Below, in pieces: positions 1 through 7,492 of a DNA stretch of 64,000 nt (position 1 is the stretch's first letter; each line of letters opens with the position of its first letter). Made by a program: the position numbers and the translations under genes. This stretch comes from a bacterium (GTDB lineage: Bacteria > Patescibacteriota > Patescibacteriia > UBA10025): assembly GCA_021815445.1 (NCBI GenBank), contig JAKAGM010000001.1:531710-595709 (forward strand). The letters run 5' to 3'. A model generated the notes under the pieces. That model worked only from the letters and a program-made list of their open reading frames with translations. It had not been told where the DNA came from and ran no database searches.

Positions 1-96
1 TTTTGACAGTACTGCACTGTAACAGATTATATATACCCGGTCAACTCGAAACACGCGCAGTGGAGGGGCCTGCGCTGAAAGGCATGAATGAACTTC

Positions 97-1239
97 CTAG
101 CCTTCTATATCCTCTCCCCGCAAATCAGCTAGCTCTTTGAGCAGATCTTTTTCGCGCCTTGAGAGCTGTGCGGGAGTTTCCACCTGCACGGTCACGAGAT
201 GGTCTCCGCGCCCGCGTTTGCGCAGGTGGGTTACACCCTTCCCGTCCAGGCGAAATACTTTGCCCGACTGTGTCCCGTGAGGAATTTTGAGGATTACTTC
301 GCCGTCGAGCGTTTCAATGTGCACCTTAGTGCCAAGCGCCGCCTGTGAGAAGCCGACGGAAACGTCAGAATAGATGTCGTCCCCTTCCCGCCTGAAGTTC
401 GGATCGTTCGGTACTTTGATGCGGACAAAAAGGTCACCGGCCTCGGCTCCCCTGACCCCGGCGGCTCCCTTTCCCGACAGGCGGAGAGATTCCCCGTCGC
501 TGATGCCCGCGGGAATTTTTACGCTTATGGTCTCTTGGCCTGTCGTGCGCCCTTCGCCGTGGCAGACCGTGCATTTCTTCGAAGCTTTGCGCCCTTCGCC
601 GTGGCACTCAGGGCAGACTCCCATTTGTCTGAGGGCGCCGAAGAATGTCTGCTGGATATTTTGCACCTGTCCGCTGCCGCCGCATGTGGCGCACGAGACT
701 ATCTTTGCCCCGGGGTCGGCTCCGCTGCCGCCGCACCGCTTGCAGGTGATTTCTTTTTCTAGGGTGAGAACTTTGTCGGTACCAAAGGCCGCCTCATGCA
801 AAGATACGGTTACGGATATCTCGGCGTCATTGCCGCGGCGCACCTCACTTCGCGCCCGGCCTCTCGACCCGCCCATGCCGAAGATATCGCCGAAAATGTC
901 TCCGAGATCGCCGAAATCAAAATTGGCATTCTCGGTCCTAAACCCCCCGAACGGTCCTCCCCCGCGCGCAAAGTCCTCGGCAGAAAATCCGCCGAATCCG
1001 CCCGGGCCGCCGCCCTGTCGCCGCGCCTGGTCAAATGTCTGCCCGAACTGGTCGTACTGCTGGCGCTTCTCCTTGTTGCTTAGGGTTTGGTAGGCCTCGT
1101 TAATTTCTTTGAACTTTTCCTCGTCGCCGCCGTCCTTGTCAGGATGATGCTCATGCGCAAGCTTGCGAAACGCTTTTTTGATGTCAGCTTCGCTCGCGTC
1201 CTTCGGCACGCCTAAAATGTTATAAAAATCTTTTGCCAT
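97..1239 (-). CDS. dnaJ: Chaperone DnaJ
   Basis: J-domain with HPD motif, G/F-rich linker, four CxxCxGxG zinc-finger repeats. Confidence 0.98.
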   Translation of the reverse strand: MAKDFYNILGVPKDASEADIKKAFRKLAHEHHPDKDGGDEEKFKEINEAYQTLSNKEKRQQYDQFGQTFDQARRQGGGPGGFGGFSAEDFARGGGPFGGFRTENANFDFGDLGDIFGDIFGMGGSRGRARSEVRRGNDAEISVTVSLHEAAFGTDKVLTLEKEITCKRCGGSGADPGAKIVSCATCGGSGQVQNIQQTFFGALRQMGVCPECHGEGRKASKKCTVCHGEGRTTGQETISVKIPAGISDGESLRLSGKGAAGVRGAEAGDLFVRIKVPNDPNFRREGDDIYSDVSVGFSQAALGTKVHIETLDGEVILKIPHGTQSGKVFRLDGKGVTHLRKRGRGDHLVTVQVETPAQLSRREKDLLKELADLRGEDIEG

Positions 1240-1297
1240 AGTGTTGTGTATCTTTTCAGCATGACAGGATACCCCGTATCCAAGCTCCAGTCAAGGC

Positions 1298-2350
1298 CTA
1301 GAGTTCGAGGCGCTCCTTGCTGATCATGACTTTGCCGATGCGGACAAATCTGAACGCAGAAAGGACGCGGTAGACGATAAAAGAGAAAAACTGGATCAGC
1401 GGCTGATAGACAATATCGAATATTTTAAGCACGAAAAAGAGTGAAAGCGCCAGCACCGCCGGCAAAAACTTTTTGTACGGGGCCACATACTTTTCGAGCT
1501 GCTGGTTCACAATTTTTTCCACGATAACTTCCATCCTGTCAGTCCCCGACGCCGTGATGCCGAAGGTGGAGAGAAACTTCGCGCGGGCTTCGTCGGTCAA
1601 CTGCCCCTGCGCGCTGGCTAATCCTTCCTGGATTGATTTCTCTATTTCGGCGGTTCCCGGAAATCCCAGCGTCGTGGTTACCTGCTGTGAAGGTTGGACT
1701 GTCGACTCCCTGATGAACTCATCAAGCGTCATGTCCGGCGAATAGTGGGCGACATAGCGCGGAAGAACTCTGTCCACGGAAACAACGGCAGTCTTTACGA
1801 TACCGCTGAGGAGCCGCTCCGACTCCTGCCGGGTGATAAGGAAGGAATAATAGGTGAATGACACTGAGAGCAGAATGAGCGAAATGGCTATGCCCAATCC
1901 TGCCGGAATCACTTGGCTGACTTTGAAGCTGATGCGAGTCTCCATATCACTCCGGATATTCTTGCGCCAGAGAATGAAAGCCAAAATCATAGCTATAATG
2001 GCGATCATGTTCGAAAGGCTCACGGGGAAAAAAGCGACATGGCTCAGGGCTCCGACAGCCACGATGACGTAAAAAACCAGACTTCGCTGGATAAGCAATG
2101 CTGTCAGACCCACGACGGCAAACATGAGCGCAAAAGCGAACAGAACGAATGCGAACGTCAGGAGCGTGTCGAGACGGAGCGAAAATCCCTCGCCGCTCTG
2201 GAAAATCCTGAAAAACGTAAACCAGAAAAATGCCATCGATGTCACTGTCAGCGCGCTGAGAATGGTAAGTTTATGCAACGGTTGCGGGACCGGTTTTTCT
2301 TTTTGGGCTTGGAGCGCCTGCTCTTCCTGCGTAGGTTTTTCAATTCGCAT
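1298..2350 (-). CDS. Multi-pass membrane protein, unknown function
   Basis: 350 aa ORF, about 6 hydrophobic segments plus a soluble loop. Confidence 0.85.
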   Translation of the reverse strand: MRIEKPTQEEQALQAQKEKPVPQPLHKLTILSALTVTSMAFFWFTFFRIFQSGEGFSLRLDTLLTFAFVLFAFALMFAVVGLTALLIQRSLVFYVIVAVGALSHVAFFPVSLSNMIAIIAMILAFILWRKNIRSDMETRISFKVSQVIPAGLGIAISLILLSVSFTYYSFLITRQESERLLSGIVKTAVVSVDRVLPRYVAHYSPDMTLDEFIRESTVQPSQQVTTTLGFPGTAEIEKSIQEGLASAQGQLTDEARAKFLSTFGITASGTDRMEVIVEKIVNQQLEKYVAPYKKFLPAVLALSLFFVLKIFDIVYQPLIQFFSFIVYRVLSAFRFVRIGKVMISKERLEL

Positions 2351-2455
2351 AAGGATATGTTACTCAGTGTACCATCGCGTCCACCATCAGACAATCATGC
2401 GCAGATCGCATGTTTACCGATTTCTGATTTTGGCAACGTTCTTCCCGATCGGAAC

Positions 2456-3022
2456 AGGTGTGATATCAAACTTCTCTCTATTTAATCAGGTTTATAGGGA
2501 CTTTCTTGAAGCTAGGGAAGTTATTCCCAGCTTATCCACTCTGCGGTCTTGACCGGTTTTTCCAGTAAGAGTAGCATGCTCATTACGTCTTTACGTTCTT
2601 TCCATTCCACGAACTTTGTCGGTGACTATTACCGGCTCGATGCTCACAATGGATGGGGGTGAGAGACTTCTCTCGATCAAACTCTCCGTGAGTTATGACG
2701 CGACAACGTCGCACCCTTTCAAGTCGGAACACCTCGGAAACTTTGACGTTTCCGTGACTCAGGTAGTCGGACCTTTATATGGGAGGCCTGACTGCTGGAA
2801 CATTTCCGGCGTCATCTACTGAGCTCGAGAAAGCGCGATTGCATTTGATGCGGGGATTTGGCCGGGAGGAATCCAGGCCGCAGCCTCCGTGCTGACCCCC
2901 AAGGACCTTACGGTCCGCCCTTGCCCATTGCGGGCAACTGTACCCATCGCCCCAGGGCGATGATATCTGCACTTTGCGCCAGGTTTCCCGACACGGCCCC
3001 AAGATCCTTTGATGACACACCT
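2456..3022 (-). ncRNA. Putative large (~570 nt) highly structured ncRNA, family unassigned
   Basis: Ends pair (2456-2470 with 3008-3022); many local hairpins including GGACC-GUAA-GGUCC; long-range helix UGGGGGU/ACCCCCA; G-U pairs favour the minus strand; no credible ORF. Confidence 0.65.
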
Positions 3023-3068
3023 CCTCATTGAATCGCGGGGCTGTTTTTCTTTGGGTGAAAAAACGCTC

Positions 3069-3096
3069 TTGACTTCATCTGACAGGGCATTATACT
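3069..3096. promoter_or_regulatory. Overlapping divergent sigma70-type promoter elements
   Basis: Plus: TTGACT(3069-3074)-16 nt-TATACT(3091-3096). Minus: TATAAT at 3089-3094. Confidence 0.6.
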
Positions 3097-3102
3097 ATCG
3101 AC

Positions 3103-3272
3103 GTGTTCTTCGGATACTACCCGGCTGGGCAATGAATTCGGGGATTCATCCCACCCGGCGCTACGCGCAATGCTTCTCCGCTTACAAGGAAGGCGAGGAC
3201 GACCAGAGTCCAAAACGGAGTTGCGCACGTAGCAGGGCTCGGCAAATGATACTGCGCCGAGCCTGTTTTTTA
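3103..3272 (+). ncRNA. Putative ~170 nt structured small RNA
   Basis: Starts 7 nt after a -10 box; cUUCGg hairpin, two further stems, then a GC-rich hairpin followed by T7. Confidence 0.6.
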
Positions 3273-3279
3273 TATCCCG

Positions 3280-3585
3280 TTATCCGTGGAACCCGATCTC
3301 ACTATTCATCGGGGCCTTTGCGACCTCGATGGTCCCGAAGTTCTTTTCATATTTCTCTATATTATCTTTGAGCGCGCCGAGGACCCGCTTCATATGGCCC
3401 GGCGAGAGGATCACCCGCGCATTGACGATGCCCGCGCGCTGGAGCGGATAGACATTCATAAAATCGAGGACGAATTCCTCCTTGGAATGCGCCACTGACA
3501 TCATGTTCGCATAGATGCCTTTCATCGTGGCGTCGTCTATCTTAATTTGTATCTGCTGCCCTTCGGGGGCTTGCTGTCCGTTCAT
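3280..3585 (-). CDS. DUF3467 family protein
   Basis: GIYAN...HSKEEFVLDF...ARVILSPGHMKR...YEKNFG pattern typical of DUF3467. Confidence 0.85.
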   Translation of the reverse strand: MNGQQAPEGQQIQIKIDDATMKGIYANMMSVAHSKEEFVLDFMNVYPLQRAGIVNARVILSPGHMKRVLGALKDNIEKYEKNFGTIEVAKAPMNSEIGFHG

Positions 3586-3702
3586 AGTGCGTTGGGATTA
3601 GTGGATAAATGTTAATAATAAACTGCATATTGACATTGGCACCTCATATGCGTAAGCTGTGGTTAATAACATCGCACAAACAGGGAAACGAGGAGGAAGT
3701 CC

Positions 3703-3942
3703 ATGAGGATTTTCATTACAGATGTTGAGGTGTTGGGGACAGAGTTGATAGTCCGCTCAAATTTACGGAGATGGGCGTATCATCTCTCAGACGTCATTTC
3801 CGGCGTGCTTTCTATCGAAGAGATCGTCGAGGATAGCGAGTCCGAGGAATTGATCGTCACGGCAGATGGCGTTAAACTCCGTCTCTATACTTGGAGACAG
3901 GCTGCCCTCGGCGAACGGTCCAAATCCTGCCTCGCCGCGTAG
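3703..3942 (+). CDS. Small hypothetical protein (79 aa)
   Basis: TTGACA-17-TAAGCT promoter (3630-3658), GAGGAGG RBS, terminator CCTGCCG...CGGCAGG+T-tract after the stop. Confidence 0.7.
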   Translation: MRIFITDVEVLGTELIVRSNLRRWAYHLSDVISGVLSIEEIVEDSESEELIVTADGVKLRLYTWRQAALGERSKSCLAA

Positions 3943-4111
3943 GTCTGACCGACTAACGCAATGTTCCTGCCCCCTGCCGCCCCGTTTGACGGCAGGTTTT
4001 TTTATTCATGAGCGCTTGCACATCTTAGTAGTACATGGTAAAGATGACAATGAGTATACGTTAAACGAAAGTAATGCACAATTGTTCTGTCACATGCGGA
4101 GGGAGGGAAGT

Positions 4112-4183
4112 ATGCGGTTCGAGATAGCAAATTGGTGCTTTGATAACACCCGCGGAATTGTCCTTTTGCATCTGAGGGCCTGA
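4112..4183 (+). CDS. Possible 23-aa micro-protein MRFEIANWCFDNTRGIVLLHLRA
   Basis: GGAGGGAGG RBS-like sequence upstream; hairpin plus T-tract downstream. Confidence 0.35.
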   Translation: MRFEIANWCFDNTRGIVLLHLRA

Positions 4184-4331
4184 TTAAGCTTTACGGTCAT
4201 TCCAGGCCCCCGGCACACGCTGACGGGTCTTTTCTTTTTTGCATTGACAAAGAGCAAACAACTGCTAGACTGGCGATATCTGTTAAGAATTGATGAGGAA
4301 TATAATTGCTCATTCGAGGAGGGGTACTAAA

Positions 4332-4493
4332 ATGGAAACGTTCAAATCGTGGCCTGGATGGGCACAGGCGCTGACGGTTATCGTCGGCATCATTCTCGTC
4401 CTGGCTGCGGTGGGCTATCGCTTCATCGAGCTGATGAAACAGATTCCGTCCGAATCAAAGGACGAATCGGCGCAGAGCTCTGCACGAACCTGA
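4332..4493 (+). CDS. Small single-TM protein (53 aa)
   Basis: TTGACA-16-TAGACT promoter (4244-4271), GAGGAGG RBS, one hydrophobic helix, downstream terminator GACTCC...GGAGTC+TTTT. Confidence 0.75.
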   Translation: METFKSWPGWAQALTVIVGIILVLAAVGYRFIELMKQIPSESKDESAQSSART

Positions 4494-4571
4494 TCTTCAT
4501 CGGTCATTCATCCAGATCGCTGACTCCGCACGATACAACTATGTGGAGTCTTTTCTTATAGTGGTAACCCT

Positions 4572-4626
4572 GTAGGGGTCAAGCAAGCTTGACCCGATTT
4601 TCTAAAAGTCGAAGCTTTGCCCCTAC
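4572..4626. repeat. GTAG-type REP doublet (REPIN-like)
   Basis: GTAG-GGGTCAAGC-AA-GCTTGACCC facing an inverted GTAGGGGCAAAGCTTCGAC. Confidence 0.6.
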
Positions 4627-4904
4627 TTCTTTCTCGGCCCGCGATACAGGACTTTAAACTTCAACCGGCTCACGTTCTGGTTCTTTTTCGCCTTTGAACC
4701 ATGTGCGCCGATCGCCCACACGTTAATACCCGCTTTGCCTTTTTTCTCGTCTGTGGACGTGACTGCCACGTCGAATTCAACGAACGAACTTGATGATTTG
4801 CTGTCTGTCGTTATCCAAAAGAGATGATTGCCGGCCTTGTTGGCCGCCTCAATACCCTTGGCAATGTTTGTTAATGTCGTGGTGATAAATTGGTCGAGTT
4901 GCAT
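4623..4904 (-). CDS. Trypco2-like (trypsin co-occurring domain) small protein
   Basis: M.L..FI..TL..I..GI..A / VEFDVAVT / AGI.V..IG..G / SRLKFKV pattern, recognised from memory. Confidence 0.65.
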   Translation of the reverse strand: MQLDQFITTTLTNIAKGIEAANKAGNHLFWITTDSKSSSSFVEFDVAVTSTDEKKGKAGINVWAIGAHGSKAKKNQNVSRLKFKVLYRGPRKK

Positions 4905-4943
4905 AATATTCTAGCTTTCGCACCCTAGAGAGGGTGCTCTCCT

Positions 4944-4970
4944 TGTCATGCCGAACTTGATTCGGCATCT
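4944..4970 (+). repeat. REP-like palindrome TGTCATGCCGAACTTGATTCGGCATCT
   Basis: Imperfect palindrome; related copies at 5713-5789 and 16437-16505. Confidence 0.75.
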
Positions 4971-4980
4971 TTATCAAGCT

Positions 4981-5178
4981 TTAGTTTCCTAGGAACTTCA
5001 AAGCGCCATAGACCAGGAATATCGGCCAGATGATTGCCTTAAGGAATCCAAGCACACCCGCCCAAAAAGTCGCTGCCACGGAAATATAATAAATCGCGGC
5101 GCCGATGAAACCTAACCCATAGACCGCCTCTCCGCCACGCTTTGTAACATTCACGTCCATCATATATGCCATGTACAT
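4981..5178 (-). CDS. Small two-TM membrane protein
   Basis: 65 aa, two hydrophobic helices; start codon uncertain. Confidence 0.7.
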   Translation of the reverse strand: MYMAYMMDVNVTKRGGEAVYGLGFIGAAIYYISVAATFWAGVLGFLKAIIWPIFLVYGALKFLGN

Positions 5179-5202
5179 TTAATAATTAGCCTTGTCATGC
5201 CC

Positions 5203-5715
5203 TCATTTTACCCTCCCGAGAAAGTAATCATCAATAGCCCGCACGAGCGCCACGGGTTTGGCGTCGAACGACCATTCTTTCTTTTCCCGCTTGGCGTCGT
5301 TCTCGAGTATTAATTGGAACCTGTTCGACTTGGTGAGGATGCATTTCGGCGGAGTGGCGTGAAAATGCCACGGCGTGCCATCTTGGACGAACTGTTTCAC
5401 CATCTCAAGCGCTTCATGGTCAGCTGGCCCGAAATCCCCCTGTGCCTGCAAGTATGCGCGTCCTTCAAGCTCCTCGCGGAGTTCTTTCGTACTCCGGCAG
5501 TAGATATTCCCCTGCGGCGTCTCAAGCAAAATAATCTCCTTGCCGGTGTCATTCATGAAGCATTCGGGCGAAAGGCAATGATGATGCCACGCCGTGCCCA
5601 TGCGGACGGTCCTTTGCTCAGCGTCGTCGTATTCTACGTATTTTGCGTCTTCGGATATCATATATTCTGTACTTTCTTTCGCACCCTCGAAAGAGTGCTC
5701 TTCTTTATCCACCAT
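5203..5715 (-). CDS. Hypothetical protein with internal duplicated WHxH..P.C motif
   Basis: GTAWHHHCLSPEC and GTPWHFHATPPKC repeats. Confidence 0.75.
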   Translation of the reverse strand: MVDKEEHSFEGAKESTEYMISEDAKYVEYDDAEQRTVRMGTAWHHHCLSPECFMNDTGKEIILLETPQGNIYCRSTKELREELEGRAYLQAQGDFGPADHEALEMVKQFVQDGTPWHFHATPPKCILTKSNRFQLILENDAKREKKEWSFDAKPVALVRAIDDYFLGRVK

Positions 5716-5789
5716 CCTGAACTTGATTCAGGATCCCGAATTAAATACCTTGGCAGATTACCTCGGGATGCCGAATCAAGTTCGGCATG
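5713..5789. repeat. Inverted doublet of REP-like palindromes
   Basis: CATCCTGAACTTGATTCAGGATCCC ... GGGATGCCGAATCAAGTTCGGCATG. Confidence 0.8.
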
Positions 5790-5839
5790 GGGACAGCTAA
5801 TTATCTCCGAGCGTGGCCCGCCGCGGCCGCGCTCGCCTG

Positions 5840-6286
5840 TTAAAGTCCCAGTACTTTCTCCAATATCGGATGTGAAAAATACGCCAGTACATCAAAGTCC
5901 TTATCTGCCAATTCAATCATTTCATGGCCCGGCCGTTCAATAAGTTTGAACCCCGGCTTGTCGAGGTATGCTTTCTTAAACGCCGGGTAATCACTCACCG
6001 TGAAGTCCGCGTCTCCTCGCTCTGGCCGGTTCGGATCCGGTTTCCGTATTTTTACAATTCGCAACGGCCCGGCAACGGTTTCAAACGACTCAACGAGATA
6101 CACGTTACCCATTTTGGTACTCTGAATAACCTTGCCTATTTTCGCAACCATCGCTTCGAGCCTTTGATACTCATCATCTGATTGAGAAAAAATACAGGCA
6201 TAATTCACCGGCGCGTTTTTCTGGTCCGTGTGGAGGTCCTTGAGCTTGCGCGCTTGGGAAACAATGTTCTGTACAATTGAAATCAT
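5840..6286 (-). CDS. Hypothetical protein (possibly VOC/glyoxalase-like fold)
   Basis: 148 aa ORF co-oriented with neighbours; fold guess is weak. Confidence 0.7.
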   Translation of the reverse strand: MISIVQNIVSQARKLKDLHTDQKNAPVNYACIFSQSDDEYQRLEAMVAKIGKVIQSTKMGNVYLVESFETVAGPLRIVKIRKPDPNRPERGDADFTVSDYPAFKKAYLDKPGFKLIERPGHEMIELADKDFDVLAYFSHPILEKVLGL

Positions 6287-6357
6287 GTTTTTCGTGTTCT
6301 TTCTTTGAATGTTGTATCCTCAGATATCATATGGTTGTTGTTGGGGCATATTTACTT

Positions 6358-7449
6358 TCAAATTTTATTGTAATTTTCTACAAATGTTTTAAAACCATTT
6401 TTAAAAGATGTATTCGATGGATCGAAGAATACCTTCCCTTTTTGGAGTTTTTTTGGATGTCGTTTAATCACTCTTTCCATTATTTCTGTTGCGCCTTCAA
6501 CACTATTGCTCACCACGTGGAGTATCGGGGGTTTCGAGGTTGTATACTTTTCTATCCAGTCATGTATTAGCTCATCATTTGCTTGATAGCCAATCAAGAA
6601 TATCTGACTAACATTTGGAAAGAGTGTTTTAGCTCCCTCTTCTATTTTTTTACCTAACTCGGGAATATGTGAATAAATTTTTTCGGATAGTGGGAGAAAT
6701 ATTAACGGCTGGAAGTAATCCCATCCAAAATCTTGGGAATATATTGAGTCTCGCTTTTGTAAAAAGTTATGACCAGGATCGTAATATTTATAATCAGTTA
6801 GAGCCAGCCCACTACCCTTAAATAGATTAACTGAGGCAAACCGATATCTATTTTGCCAGTCATTATCGGCGCTTTTACCTGGAATGCCACCATCTTCTTG
6901 TCTTTTCTGACCGAGCCAGTTAACTGATCCGTGCGGCTTTAGTATTTTTTGCGTTATGTATGAATCGACATTGTCTAATGGCCTGCTCCAAACTTTAGTA
7001 AAAGCAATATCAAACAGGGTGTCATAATTAAAATTAATGAACGCATGGTGAATGTCTTTCTGCGTTTCTTCGCGAAGTATTATTAAGAGCTTTTTATAAA
7101 GGCTATTATTCCCTGGATGTGTCGAAATCGTTTGAAACATCCAACGTAAGTAATGTGCAAACTTTCCAAGGTCGCCTCTGAGAGAGATCGCGGCCTCCGC
7201 GGTATATCCCTCTCCACCTTGATTTGAGTACTTCCATAATTCACTTAGCCAATCTTCTAAACTACGATCTTTTTTGGTTCTTTCAAATGTGGCACGAAGG
7301 TAGTTAATATCAAGGCTAAGCTCCTCGGCATATTCTTCATAAACAGAATTTAATAATTCATTTGCAAGAGGGGCCTGATATTTATTGTTATCTACATTTT
7401 TATTTGTAGATCCTCTAGAGGCACCCGCACCGAAGATAAAGAGTTTCAT
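6358..7449 (-). CDS. SIR2-like domain protein (putative NADase / defence effector)
   Basis: FIFGAGAS, NFNYD, LKPHGSVNW and IGY motifs; AT-rich relative to flanks. Confidence 0.8.
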   Translation of the reverse strand: MKLFIFGAGASRGSTNKNVDNNKYQAPLANELLNSVYEEYAEELSLDINYLRATFERTKKDRSLEDWLSELWKYSNQGGEGYTAEAAISLRGDLGKFAHYLRWMFQTISTHPGNNSLYKKLLIILREETQKDIHHAFINFNYDTLFDIAFTKVWSRPLDNVDSYITQKILKPHGSVNWLGQKRQEDGGIPGKSADNDWQNRYRFASVNLFKGSGLALTDYKYYDPGHNFLQKRDSIYSQDFGWDYFQPLIFLPLSEKIYSHIPELGKKIEEGAKTLFPNVSQIFLIGYQANDELIHDWIEKYTTSKPPILHVVSNSVEGATEIMERVIKRHPKKLQKGKVFFDPSNTSFKNGFKTFVENYNKI

Positions 7450-7492
7450 AATTACTACCGCCCCCGAGTTTTCCCGGAGGCGTTTTAATTAC

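Noticed and set aside
3-35. TTGACA-led promoter antisense to dnaJ
   Set aside because: -10 spacing is poor and the window edge removes context.
2456-3022. Group I intron, tmRNA or RNase P identity for the large RNA
   Set aside because: GACUA/UAGUC and GUCGGGAAA fragments exist, but there is no interrupted host gene and I could not build the group I core. No tmRNA acceptor or CCA end. GAAAGUCC lies near the 3' end rather than the 5' end. A covariance search is needed to exclude these formally.
3173-3180. Base pairing between small-RNA UUCUCCG and large-RNA CGGAGAG
   Set aside because: Only 7 bp, and the small-RNA segment has an intramolecular partner; not distinguishable from chance.
2616-3371. 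ORFs 2616-2822, 2775-3020, 2816-3028, 3009-3371 and 3025-3228
   Set aside because: Mutually overlapping, no recognisable motif or convincing RBS; the region is better explained by RNA structure.
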